Positions 30,459 to 40,182 of a stretch of 64,000 nt of DNA are shown here, in pieces. The DNA lies in IMG/VR virus record IMGVR_UViG_3300010885_031189, positions 34,320-98,319 of that record; one strand, 5' to 3'. The notes under the pieces are model-generated. The model saw only the letters and a list, made by a program, of their open reading frames with translations. It was not told the origin of the DNA and ran no database searches. The translations under genes and the position numbers were made by a program. How positions within the stretch are numbered: position 1 is the stretch's first letter; every line of letters begins with the position of its first letter. The DNA comes from a virus.

Positions 30459-30519
30459 TTATGAATAAACTCACTGTTCTCCAATGAGTTATCCGGTGAT
30501 ACAAATGACATACTACGGC

Positions 30520-30741
30520 TTAGAAAAATGGGAGTCCCGAATTTTTTGTTGTTTCAAGATTTTCTTTAATGATATTACCGATCATTTCTCTTTCTTGGTT
30601 ACTCATCATCATAGCTTCGTTATAAGTGATACCGCCCCTCATATACCAGCATAATCGGAGTGCTTCTTCCTTTAAGGCTTTTGCTTGACTGTCATAACTT
30701 TTTAAGAAAGCCACAACTGATTCCTCATCGTGTAAAGTCAA
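30520..30741 (-). CDS. Tail/baseplate assembly chaperone C-terminal extension (probably made by -1 frameshift)
   Basis: LCWYMRGGITYNEAMMMSNQEREM resembles chaperone GT tails; TTG start without a well-spaced SD; -1 frame to the upstream gene. Confidence 0.6.
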   Translation of the reverse strand: MTLHDEESVVAFLKSYDSQAKALKEEALRLCWYMRGGITYNEAMMMSNQEREMIGNIIKENLETTKNSGLPFF

Positions 30742-31586
30742 AAGCCTTTGCCGAAAAAACTTGCGTAGTCAAAAGTAAGTTCCATGCTGTAAGTCTTTTT
30801 GCATTCAATACAACCAAGATTCAACGGCTTTAATTTAGTTTGTAAGTTTAGTTCTGTTAATTTATCCTGTACTTGTTTTACAACTTTAGATTCAGCTTCT
30901 TTGTAAAATTCTTTAATGTGATCAACATTAGTTACTCTGTCACCATTTTCAAATTCAATATATGCAGTACTATTAGCACATACGCCAGCAGCAAGATCAA
31001 CTAACTTTGTCATTCCTTCTGTCAGCCTAGATGCTCTGTCACCTGGTTCCATCTCAGTCTGACTGATAACATATCGTAGTTTTTCTTCTTCAAATGATAT
31101 TAAATTAGTCTGATTAACAGAAAAATAATGTTGTGGTTTTGTTTTTATTTTTAAGTTTTTATATGAGATAAGATCGTCATAAGACGGACACTTTATTTCT
31201 CCTAATGGAGCACTTAAATCAATTTCATGCGTATTTGTCTCATTGCAATATCCGCATTTACTATCAAAGCTCATGCTATTTCCATAAGTAGCGATTCGTA
31301 TTGCTATTAATATAGCATCAACATCAACACTTGGCATTTCCCATGCATTTTTGATACTAGGGCAACAGCTTTGTATTACATCAACTACACCTTGTCCATT
31401 TAGTAATCCATCCGGAGTCCTAAGCACTATCTCGTCCCTGGTAGTCATCGGGAAAATTGGAATTTCACCAGTTGCAGGTAACTCTAATGCATTTTCTCCC
31501 CACCAATTGCCTTTACTTGGCAAACTTAGATAAATTGCAGGTTGTCTAAAATAACCGAACAATGGGTTTTTTTGATTGTTTTCCAT
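30738..31586 (-). CDS. Baseplate hub/tail assembly chaperone, gp26-like
   Basis: LPSKG...PMTTRDEI...DVDAILIAIRIATYG...CGYC and CIEC zinc pairs. Confidence 0.75.
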   Translation of the reverse strand: MENNQKNPLFGYFRQPAIYLSLPSKGNWWGENALELPATGEIPIFPMTTRDEIVLRTPDGLLNGQGVVDVIQSCCPSIKNAWEMPSVDVDAILIAIRIATYGNSMSFDSKCGYCNETNTHEIDLSAPLGEIKCPSYDDLISYKNLKIKTKPQHYFSVNQTNLISFEEEKLRYVISQTEMEPGDRASRLTEGMTKLVDLAAGVCANSTAYIEFENGDRVTNVDHIKEFYKEAESKVVKQVQDKLTELNLQTKLKPLNLGCIECKKTYSMELTFDYASFFGKGF

Positions 31587-31596
31587 ATGTCAAAAT

Positions 31597-31622
31597 CCTA
31601 TAAATATATGTATATTTATAGG
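31597..31622. promoter_or_regulatory. Palindromic bidirectional late promoter
   Basis: CCTATAAATATA-TG-TATATTTATAGG perfect 12-bp inverted repeat with TATAAATA on both strands, between divergent genes. Confidence 0.7.
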
Positions 31623-31630
31623 GTAATATT

Positions 31631-33820
31631 ATGGCCGATACATTTGATTATGACAAACTAGCTGAAGCTATGGACAGACGCAGCCGTAGTCCTTCTGAAG
31701 GACCAAACCCTAAGGCAGCAATAGATCAGTTAATTGCAGACTATAAAAAATTCAATACAACTCTAAAAGATACTAACACAAAAACTCAAAATTTTACAAA
31801 ATTTTGGCAAGAGGGTACAAAAACTTTCAAAGATGTTACTCAAAATCTTAAAGATTTAGATGAAAGAATTGAAAGTATGGCAGAGGGTGATTCAAAAAGA
31901 AATCTGATAGCGACAAGAAATGATGTCGCTGCAGCTGCCGCAAGCCAAAAAAGTTCTGCTGAAATGTTTAATTTTGCAGTATCAGTTAAATCTGGGGTGA
32001 CAGGGTTAGCTACTTTTGCTGCTGGATTAATAAAATCGCATGATACCATAGCGAGTGATCCGATAGGAGCGGGTGCAAGTTTAATAAACTCTGGTATAGA
32101 CTTGGCAAATAAAGGTACCAAGATTCTAACGAAGGGTGTTGCCGCTGCCGCTGCAACTGTACCAGTATTCGGTGCTGCAGTTGCTGGTGCTGCTGCTGCT
32201 GCAGATGCAGCAGCAGATGTTATTGCAGCCACCGCTAAAATGCTTAATGATCTACTTTCAGCAGAACTTAAAAAAACAGCTAGTGTAATGAAAGATTTAA
32301 GCTCACAGGGTGCAAGTTTTGCGGGTGGAATGACAGAGTTAAGAACAATATCCAATGAGTCTGGACTTAACATGGCTGCATTCAGTGGCATAGTAAAAAA
32401 CTCAAAAGAATCTATACAAACAATGGGGCTATCCACCTCTGAGGCAACCAAGGTGTTGAGTCGTGGGCTAATAGAACTTAAAAATCAGACAGGATCAACC
32501 GGAAGAGCACTCCGAGATGAAATGCTAGCAATGGGAATAGCATATGAAGAGCAAGGTCCTATTATGGCTCAATATATGGCAGGACTTAAAATTGCGGGAA
32601 AGTTAGAGACTACTAGCAAGGAAGAAATAGCTGCTGGTACTAGAGCCTATGCAAAAGATTTAAAAGTATTGGCTGATATTACTGGAAAAGATGCTAAAAA
32701 AGCTATGGAAGAAGCCCAAAAGAAGTCAATGGAAGCTGACATAATTAGCCAATTGGGGAGTCGAGAAGCAATAGAAAAATTTCAGGCCCAATATGCTTCT
32801 ATGCCAGATGCATTAAAAAAGGGATTTCTGGAATTTGTATCTGCTAACGGAGCAGTTGGAGATAGAGCAACAAACATTGCAATGAGTGCAAATTCAAAAA
32901 TAGGAGAACTATATGCAAATGCAAATGCTAACTTGCGAGATAATTCAAAGACTACATCACAGGCTCAGCAGGAAGTACTGACAGGGGCTATAGAAGCGGG
33001 TAAAGCGCAAAGACAAGTAAGTGGTGATTTAGCTCGGGCGTCTAGATTTACAGGAAATTATGCAGATACTGTTGCAATTCAAAATGATCTCATTATGAGA
33101 GGAATGCCTGATCCCGAGCTAGTACGCAAAAGTGCTGAGGGTCAGGAACTGATGGCTAAATCTACTGATCCAGTAACATCGGGATTTATTGCAGCATCTT
33201 CTGCTGCTATGAATTTTAGTGTACAGGTTGAAAAGCTGGCAACTGATGCTTTACCAAGATATGCTGCAGTGTTAGATAGCTTGTTCAAAACAATCTCTAA
33301 CACAATAGATGCTGCAGGAGGATCTGCAAAAAAAGAAACAGGAAACTCATGGGGACGATCTGCGTTAGGATTTGCTGGTACTGCTATTGGAGCAACGGTA
33401 GGTGGATTGGGTGGTTTAGGGGTAGCAACAGTTCCAGGTGCGATTGCAGGTGGAATGGGAGGCAATTATATTGGAAACATGATTGCAGATGCATTAGGAT
33501 TATCCCCTAATGCTCCAGGAAAAGCGAATGGTGGCATAGCATCAGGATCAATGTCAGGATACTTGGAAAAATTACACGGCACTGAAGCAGTTGTTCCATT
33601 ACCTGACGGTAAAAATATTCCAGTAGCTATAACATCAACTTCAGAGTCAACTTCAAGTACTATGTCTTCTGCATCGGATACTTCATCCAATATGATAAAA
33701 GAGTTATTATCTAGACAACTTGAAATGATGCAGAAATCATTTGACCAAACTACTGATATGCTTAGCTCATTTAATGACAGTAAACAGTTGCAGCAACAAC
33801 TAGTACATAATAGCTATTAA
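31631..33820 (+). CDS. Tape-measure-like protein
   Basis: 729 aa, Ala-rich helical, two hydrophobic Gly/Ala segments, C-terminal GGIASG...LHGTEAVVPL motif; adjacent to the chaperone genes. Confidence 0.7.
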   Translation: MADTFDYDKLAEAMDRRSRSPSEGPNPKAAIDQLIADYKKFNTTLKDTNTKTQNFTKFWQEGTKTFKDVTQNLKDLDERIESMAEGDSKRNLIATRNDVAAAAASQKSSAEMFNFAVSVKSGVTGLATFAAGLIKSHDTIASDPIGAGASLINSGIDLANKGTKILTKGVAAAAATVPVFGAAVAGAAAAADAAADVIAATAKMLNDLLSAELKKTASVMKDLSSQGASFAGGMTELRTISNESGLNMAAFSGIVKNSKESIQTMGLSTSEATKVLSRGLIELKNQTGSTGRALRDEMLAMGIAYEEQGPIMAQYMAGLKIAGKLETTSKEEIAAGTRAYAKDLKVLADITGKDAKKAMEEAQKKSMEADIISQLGSREAIEKFQAQYASMPDALKKGFLEFVSANGAVGDRATNIAMSANSKIGELYANANANLRDNSKTTSQAQQEVLTGAIEAGKAQRQVSGDLARASRFTGNYADTVAIQNDLIMRGMPDPELVRKSAEGQELMAKSTDPVTSGFIAASSAAMNFSVQVEKLATDALPRYAAVLDSLFKTISNTIDAAGGSAKKETGNSWGRSALGFAGTAIGATVGGLGGLGVATVPGAIAGGMGGNYIGNMIADALGLSPNAPGKANGGIASGSMSGYLEKLHGTEAVVPLPDGKNIPVAITSTSESTSSTMSSASDTSSNMIKELLSRQLEMMQKSFDQTTDMLSSFNDSKQLQQQLVHNSY

Positions 33821-33840
33821 AAATCAAATATAGTGCAGTA

Positions 33841-34233
33841 ATGACATTTGGTCTGGCAAGATATAATAGAAAATATCAATATGAAATATTAAGATTTTGT
33901 ACCAGTAAGCATGTAGTAGGCGCCGCTAGTAAATTATTTAAACATTTTGTAAAGCAATTTAACCCGACTTCTGTTGTTAGTTACAGTGATAATAGATGGG
34001 GATCAGGATCAGTATATACTAAAATGGGATTCATGTATGATTCTTGTACTATTGGTTATTATTATACCGATCACAAACATAGATATGACAGATCACAATT
34101 TCAAAAACATAAATTGGTATTAGAAGGTGCGGATTCAACAATGAGTGAATGGCAAATAATGCAAAGTCGTGGGTATGATCGTGTTTGGGATTGCGGTCAA
34201 ACTCTTTGGGTGTATCTACCAGATAACATATAA
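33841..34233 (+). pseudogene. N-terminally truncated Hef-like copy (GNAT-like C-terminal domain only)
   Basis: MTFG...YEILRFC...VGAASKLF...SYSDNRWGSG...VWDCGQ matches the C-termini of 24740 and 40232. In-frame TAG at 33811-33813; no nuclease domain. Confidence 0.6.
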
Positions 34234-34236
34234 ATA
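34229..34236 (+). promoter_or_regulatory. T4-type late promoter for portal
   Basis: TATAAATA 22 nt upstream of the portal ATG. Confidence 0.7.
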
Positions 34237-34258
34237 TAGTTAATCAGAAAGATAAATT

Positions 34259-35995
34259 ATGGCTAGTTGGAAAAAATATTTTAAAACCGCAAATGTAGCT
34301 GGACAGGCAAGTCCAATTGGTAGCGGAAATGCTAGTGCTTCTCCTGCATATAGAAATTATCAAAGTAATCTTCCTGAGGTGTATGTCGGTCACCCAAATA
34401 GAATTGAACGATATAATCAATATGAGCAAATGGATATGGACAGTGAGATTAATGCTGCACTGGATATATTGGCAGAATTCAGCACCCAGCCTGATGAAAC
34501 GACAGGGCTACCATTTAGAGCACATTTCAGAGATAAACCAACTGATAATGAAGTTGACATTATCAAAGAACAATTACAACAATGGGTAACATTAAATGAG
34601 TTGAACAAAAGAGCATTCAAGATTATGAGGAATACTATTAAGTATGGTGACCAAGTATTCATTCGTGACCCAGAAACATTTAAACTTATATGGGTTGAAA
34701 TGAGTAAAGTTGTAAAAGTTATTGTCAATGAAGCTGAAGGCAAAGCGCCTGAACAATATATTGTAAAAGATTTGCAGCCTAATTTACAGAATCTTACAAT
34801 GACAGCAGTAACAACAAGTGATACATATGCCAATAATCCACAAGTTGGTGGTCCTTCAGGATCATATGTACAATCAAACGCACCATATACGGGTGGATCA
34901 AGATTTAGTCATGCGCAAAATGAAGCTGCAATTGGAGCAGAACATGTAGTGCATCTTAGTTTAACTGAGGGGCTAGATGTAATGTGGCCGTTTGGTAACT
35001 CAGTACTTGAAAACATATTCAAGGTATTCAAGCAAAAAGAATTAATTGAAGATGCAATCATTATATATCGCGTACAAAGAGCGCCTGAACGCAGAGTATT
35101 TTATATTGATGTGGGAAATATGCCAAGTCATATGGCAATGGCATTTGTTGAACGAGTAAAGAATGAAATAAGTCAGCGTAGAATACCAACTCAATCGGGT
35201 GGTGGGTCAAATATGATGGATGCTACATACAATCCACTTTCTACTAATGAAGATTTCTTCTTTCCACAGACAGCAGAAGGACGTGGAAGTAAAGTTGAAT
35301 CATTACCTGGAGCTAGTAATCTTGGTGAGATAACTGATTTGAGATTTTTCACTAATAAATTGTTTAGGGGATTACGAATTCCAAGTAGTTATTTACCTAC
35401 TGGTTCAGATGATGGAACACAGTCGATTAGTGATGGCAGAGTTGGAACAGCATTGATTCAAGAGTGGAGATTCAACAAGTATTGCATTCGTTTACAAAAC
35501 ATGCTTTGCGATGCGTTAGATAGTGAATTCAAGCTATTCATGCGTTGGAGAGGTATTAACATTGATAGTCAACTGTTCAGATTGCAGTTTAATGAGCCAC
35601 AGAATTTTGCTGCATATCGTCAAGTTGAACTTGATACTGCCAGAATTGGTGCATTCACCCAGCTTGAAGGCTTTGCATATTTCTCCAAGAGATATTTAAT
35701 GAAACGGTATCTTGGTATGGAAGAACAAGATATGGTTGAAAATGAACAAATGTGGACTGAAGAGCAGGGTGAGACAAAGGGTGAAGAAGGTGCAGAAACC
35801 AATGTTGGATTACGCAGTGTTGGTATAACGCCTGGTGGTATTGGTGGAGACCTAGACGCTGCTGCTGCGATGGAAACCCCACCAGAAGAGGGTGGAGCCC
35901 CAGGTGGCGCGCCTGGTGGAGTTGGATCGCCTCAAGTTGGAGGTAATCCAGCAGCACCTACAGGTGGCGTTCCAGCCGGGCCAACAGGAATTTAA
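34259..35995 (+). CDS. gp20: Portal protein, T4 gp20-like
   Basis: EDAIIIYRVQRAPERRVFYIDVGNMP; EDFFFP; LFRGLRIPSSYL. Confidence 0.95.
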   Translation: MASWKKYFKTANVAGQASPIGSGNASASPAYRNYQSNLPEVYVGHPNRIERYNQYEQMDMDSEINAALDILAEFSTQPDETTGLPFRAHFRDKPTDNEVDIIKEQLQQWVTLNELNKRAFKIMRNTIKYGDQVFIRDPETFKLIWVEMSKVVKVIVNEAEGKAPEQYIVKDLQPNLQNLTMTAVTTSDTYANNPQVGGPSGSYVQSNAPYTGGSRFSHAQNEAAIGAEHVVHLSLTEGLDVMWPFGNSVLENIFKVFKQKELIEDAIIIYRVQRAPERRVFYIDVGNMPSHMAMAFVERVKNEISQRRIPTQSGGGSNMMDATYNPLSTNEDFFFPQTAEGRGSKVESLPGASNLGEITDLRFFTNKLFRGLRIPSSYLPTGSDDGTQSISDGRVGTALIQEWRFNKYCIRLQNMLCDALDSEFKLFMRWRGINIDSQLFRLQFNEPQNFAAYRQVELDTARIGAFTQLEGFAYFSKRYLMKRYLGMEEQDMVENEQMWTEEQGETKGEEGAETNVGLRSVGITPGGIGGDLDAAAAMETPPEEGGAPGGAPGGVGSPQVGGNPAAPTGGVPAGPTGI

Positions 35996-36016
35996 TATCA
36001 TTAGATAAATAACTAT

Positions 36017-36241
36017 ATGTTTATTACTGAACTTTTTAGTCCTACGCCAGATGGTTATCGTTCCGAAGAGGATGATAACTCTGTTATAAAAATGACAGAT
36101 CAGCGCAAAAGTAGGTTAACTCTATCTCAAATTGGCAGATTACGTCAGATGAATGATCTTAGAAAATTTGAGCATCAAAAGAAGATTGGTACATTATCCA
36201 CCCAATACAAGCCGGTTGCACAAGCAGCACCGGGTATGTAG
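36017..36241 (+). CDS. Small head-module protein
   Basis: 74 aa between the portal and core genes, with its own GATAAATA at 36004-36011. Confidence 0.6.
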   Translation: MFITELFSPTPDGYRSEEDDNSVIKMTDQRKSRLTLSQIGRLRQMNDLRKFEHQKKIGTLSTQYKPVAQAAPGM

Positions 36242-36328
36242 GCTAAAATAGCCTCAAAATCGCCTGTATGAGGCGATATATTCACATATAATGTAAATAC
36301 TTTTAACTTACTACTTTAAGGAGCTACT

Positions 36329-37153
36329 ATGAACAAATACGAACAGCTTATTGAATTTATCATCAATGAGCAAGAAGACAAGGCACGTGAACTTTTCCAT
36401 CAAATTGTTGTTGCCAAGAGCCGCGACATCTACGAAAACCTAATGGACGAGTCAGATTTTGACGAAGCTGTTCATGGTGAGGAAAATGAAGTTGATTCAT
36501 TATCAGACGAAATTTCTGCTGATGAACATGGAATGGGCGACGATGATCAAGAAGACGGCATGGATGACATGGACGGTGAAGAAGACGGCATGGATGACAT
36601 GGACGGTGAGATGGATGACATGGAAGGCGGAGAAGAAGAGGGTGACATGGAAGAGCGTGTCATGGACCTAGAAACCGCATTAGATGACCTAAAAGCTGAG
36701 TTTGAAAAGCTTATGTCTGGTGAAGAAGAAGAGCCAGAGCATGAAGAAATGTTTGGTGATGACGAAGAAGGTGGAGAAATGGAAGTTGGTGAATTTGGTT
36801 CTGAAGAGCCAGAGACTGAATCATTCATGCGTGAGTATGTTGAAAAAGTTGCCAAGCCTTCAAACACTGAAGGTGCTGACAATAAGCAAAGTATTGTAGC
36901 TAAGCCAAATAGAATGGGTGGAACTTCTGCTAACATCGCTAAGGGCGGTTCTGAAGCAAATCCAACTGGTGCATCACAGCCTACCAATGCATATGCTAAG
37001 GGTAAGACACAAGTACCAGGTGCTGGTTCTTTTGAGAATGTTCCTGGAGCAAAGACTAAGGGTTATACAAACAAAGCAGGCGCTAAAAAAGCTGAAGGTT
37101 CTACCACTGATGGTAGCGTCCCAGTTAGCAAACGCAGTGTTGAAGGTAGCTAA
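36329..37153 (+). CDS. Acidic prohead core/scaffold-like protein
   Basis: Highly D/E-rich N-half; AAGGAG SD; sits before the protease like T4 core genes. Confidence 0.65.
   Translation: MNKYEQLIEFIINEQEDKARELFHQIVVAKSRDIYENLMDESDFDEAVHGEENEVDSLSDEISADEHGMGDDDQEDGMDDMDGEEDGMDDMDGEMDDMEGGEEEGDMEERVMDLETALDDLKAEFEKLMSGEEEEPEHEEMFGDDEEGGEMEVGEFGSEEPETESFMREYVEKVAKPSNTEGADNKQSIVAKPNRMGGTSANIAKGGSEANPTGASQPTNAYAKGKTQVPGAGSFENVPGAKTKGYTNKAGAKKAEGSTTDGSVPVSKRSVEGS
36551..36625 (+). repeat. 30-bp tandem duplication encoding EDGMDDMDGE
   Basis: gaagacggcatggatgacatggacggtga(a/g) twice, plus a partial copy. Confidence 0.8.
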
Positions 37154-37168
37154 TCCTTAGGGACTTAT

Positions 37169-37807
37169 ATGGCTTTTTATCTTAAAGAAAATCTTACTTT
37201 TGACCATGCCAAGATGGAAGTCCTCTTTGAGGACAACCGTGAAGGCACGGGTAAGAATCTTTTCATGAAGGGTATATTCATTGAAGGTGGAGTAAAAAAC
37301 CAAAATCAACGAGTTTACCCAGTCAACGAAATCTCAAAAGCTGTTACAACTATCAATGAACAAATCAAAGGTGGCTACAGTGTTCTTGGTGAAGTAGATC
37401 ACCCTGATGATCTTAAAATTAATTTGGACAGAGTTAGCCACATGATTGAACAAATGTGGATGGACGGTCCAGCAGGACACGGAAAATTAAAAATTCTACC
37501 CACTCCAATGGGCCAACTTGTTAAAACAATGTTGGAAAGTGGTGTTAAATTGGGTGTTTCAAGTCGCGGTAGCGGCAACGTAAACGAATCCACTGGGCAT
37601 GTCAGTGAATTTGAAATCGTTACAGTTGATATTGTAGCACAACCATCAGCCCCACATGCTTACCCTCATGCAATATATGAGGGATTGATAAACATGAAAA
37701 ATGGGCACAAAGTGCTAGATATCGCCCGTGACGCAAAAGACGACAAAAAAGTGCAGAAGTATCTGAAAGAAGCTGTGACAAGCTTAATCAGAGACTTAAA
37801 ATTATAG
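37169..37807 (+). CDS. gp21: Prohead protease, T4 gp21-like
   Basis: KGIF...NQNQRVYP...LGEVDHP...GVSSRGSG...DIVAQPSAP. Confidence 0.93.
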   Translation: MAFYLKENLTFDHAKMEVLFEDNREGTGKNLFMKGIFIEGGVKNQNQRVYPVNEISKAVTTINEQIKGGYSVLGEVDHPDDLKINLDRVSHMIEQMWMDGPAGHGKLKILPTPMGQLVKTMLESGVKLGVSSRGSGNVNESTGHVSEFEIVTVDIVAQPSAPHAYPHAIYEGLINMKNGHKVLDIARDAKDDKKVQKYLKEAVTSLIRDLKL

Positions 37808-37819
37808 GAGAACATAGCT

Positions 37820-38911
37820 ATGTTTGATAGTATCAAACCATTGATAGACAGTGGCATTATTAACGAGGAAACTCGTACTGCAATCAGCGAAGCTTGGGAA
37901 GCCAAGTTAGTTGAGGCACGTGCCGAAATTAAGAGTCAGCTTCGTGAAGAAATGGCTGGTCGGTATGAACATGACAAAAAAGTAATGATAGAAGCATTAG
38001 ACAAGATGGTAACTGAAAGTCTAGCTGCTGAAATCCAAGAATTTGCTGGTGAAAAGCAAGCCGTGTATGAAGATCGTGTAAAATTTAAGAATCACATGGT
38101 TGAAAGTGCAGGAAAGTTTAATAATTTCATGGTAGGTAAACTATCAGAAGAAATTCGTGAACTACGCAGCGACCGTAAAATTCAAAAAGAAAATTATCAG
38201 CGTCTTGAAACATTTATTGTTAGAGCACTAGCTGGTGAAATTAAAGAGTTTGCTCAAGATAAACAAGCAGTTGTTGAAACTAAGGTTCGTTTAGTTGCTG
38301 AAGCTAAACAAAAACTTGGCGATCTACAAAAGCAGTTTATTGCAAATAGCGCAAAGTTAGTTAAAGAAGCCGTAACTACTAAGTTAGGAACTGAATTAAC
38401 TCAATTAAAAGAAGACATCCAACTTGCTCGCGAGAACTTGTTTGGCCGCCGCATATTTGAAGCGTTTGCTGGTGAATTTTCAGTGACTCACCTCAATGAA
38501 AATCGTGAACTACAATCACTCAAGAAAACAATCAATCAACAAACTAAGCAAATTGAAGAATCTGTAAAGATTAATAAACAAGCTCAGCGTATCGTTGAAT
38601 CAAAGAATCGCGAAATTCGCGTGATCAAAGAGAGTGTTGGTCGTAATGAAAAACTTACTAGCCTATTAGGCACTCTAAATCGGGAAAAGCAAGCTGTAAT
38701 GAGCGAGCTACTTGAAAATGTGCAGACTGATAAATTAAAGTCTGCTTTTGACAAGTATCTACCTGCTGTACTTACAAATGGTGCTGTTAAATCAAAATCA
38801 ACAACCTTAACAGAATCACATGTAGCTATGTCTGGTGACAAAACTGCTAAGTCTACGCAAGAGAGAGATACTAATGTTATCGATCTAAAGCGTTTGGCAG
38901 GGTTAAAATAA
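37820..38911 (+). CDS. gp22: Scaffolding protein, T4 gp22-like
   Basis: Coiled coil, GRRIFEAF, C-terminal LKRLAGL; lies between protease and capsid. Confidence 0.8.
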   Translation: MFDSIKPLIDSGIINEETRTAISEAWEAKLVEARAEIKSQLREEMAGRYEHDKKVMIEALDKMVTESLAAEIQEFAGEKQAVYEDRVKFKNHMVESAGKFNNFMVGKLSEEIRELRSDRKIQKENYQRLETFIVRALAGEIKEFAQDKQAVVETKVRLVAEAKQKLGDLQKQFIANSAKLVKEAVTTKLGTELTQLKEDIQLARENLFGRRIFEAFAGEFSVTHLNENRELQSLKKTINQQTKQIEESVKINKQAQRIVESKNREIRVIKESVGRNEKLTSLLGTLNREKQAVMSELLENVQTDKLKSAFDKYLPAVLTNGAVKSKSTTLTESHVAMSGDKTAKSTQERDTNVIDLKRLAGLK

Positions 38912-38937
38912 AATAGTTAAACCTTAAAGGAAATAAA

Positions 38938-40113
38938 ATGACTAATGTATTACTAGAAAGCCGTTGGGGCGAAACTAAAGAAGCCCTGTTAGAAGGACTG
39001 CAAGGTTCACGCCGCAATTCAATGTCCATAATTTTAGAAAACACTCGTAAGCATCTAGCTGAAACTACTCTTGGCGCAACCCAAGCTAGTAACATTGCTA
39101 CGCTAAATCGTGTTATTCTTCCAGTTATCCGTCGTGTTATGCCTACAGTTATCGCCAATGAAATCGTCGGCGTTCAGCCAATGACTGGCCCAGTAGCTCA
39201 AATTCATACACTACGTGTTCGTTATGCAGATGCAATGACTGACAGTAGCGGATTCGCAACTAGCACCGCTGCTGGTGACGAAGCTCTAAGCCCATTCAAG
39301 ATCGCTGTTGCTTATTCAGGTGACTCAGCTACTGGTCGTGCTTCAAGCACTGCTAGCCTTGAAGGTCGTCCAGGTAACAAGATCAATGTTCAGATTCTAA
39401 AGCAAGTTGTTGAAGCCAAGACCCGCAAGCTGTCAGCTCGTTGGACTTTTGAATCAGCACAAGACGCTCAAGCCATGCATGGTCTTGACGTTGAAGCTGA
39501 AATCATGGCCGCTCTAGCTCAAGAAATCACTGTTGAAATCGACCAAGAAGTTCTAGGTTCATTACGCGGTCTTGCTGCTCAAGAGTTGGTTTATAATCAA
39601 GCTGCTGTTAGCGGAACTGCTACTTTCGTTGGTGATGAACACGCTGCTCTAGCTGTTCTTATCAATCGTAGTGCCAACCTAATCGCTCAGCGTACCCGTC
39701 GTGGTGCTGGTAACTGGGCTGTTGTTAGTCCTGCTGCACTAACCGTGCTTCAGTCAGCTACCACTAGCGCATTTGCTCGTACTACTGAAGGTACATTTGA
39801 AGCTCCTACCAACACTAAGTTTGTCGGAACTCTAAATGGCGCAATGAAGATTTATGTAGACTCATATGCTGCTGAATCTCAAGCAGTTCTAGTTGGATAT
39901 AAGGGTTCTTCAGAGTCAGATGCTGCTGCGTTCTACTGTCCATATATTCCACTAATGAGTTCTGGTGTTGTTCTAGACCCAGCTACTTTTGAACCAGTTG
40001 TTGGTTTCTTAACTCGTTACGGCTACGTTGAGTTGACAAACACAGCATCATCACTTGGCAATGCTGGTGATTATGTTTCAGAAATCGGTGTTCAAAATCT
40101 ATCATTCTTCTAA
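38938..40113 (+). CDS. gp23: Major capsid protein, T4 gp23-like
   Basis: GVQPMTGP, AKTRKLSARWT, EITVEIDQE, FYCPYIPL, TRYG. Confidence 0.97.
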   Translation: MTNVLLESRWGETKEALLEGLQGSRRNSMSIILENTRKHLAETTLGATQASNIATLNRVILPVIRRVMPTVIANEIVGVQPMTGPVAQIHTLRVRYADAMTDSSGFATSTAAGDEALSPFKIAVAYSGDSATGRASSTASLEGRPGNKINVQILKQVVEAKTRKLSARWTFESAQDAQAMHGLDVEAEIMAALAQEITVEIDQEVLGSLRGLAAQELVYNQAAVSGTATFVGDEHAALAVLINRSANLIAQRTRRGAGNWAVVSPAALTVLQSATTSAFARTTEGTFEAPTNTKFVGTLNGAMKIYVDSYAAESQAVLVGYKGSSESDAAAFYCPYIPLMSSGVVLDPATFEPVVGFLTRYGYVELTNTASSLGNAGDYVSEIGVQNLSFF

Positions 40114-40138
40114 TCCATAAAGATTAGTAGTTTAATAC

Positions 40139-40163
40139 AAAACCCACTCTGGTGGGTTTTTTT
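40139..40163 (+). terminator. Rho-independent terminator after the capsid gene
   Basis: AAAACCCAC-TCTG-GTGGGTTTTTTT. Confidence 0.85.
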
Positions 40164-40182
40164 ACGGCTAAAATTGTATAGG

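Noticed and set aside
29946-30519. tRNA, tmRNA, RNase P or self-splicing intron
   Set aside because: No cloverleaf or T-loop, tmRNA ends or tag, RNase P P4 motif, or intron core recognised, and no interrupted gene.
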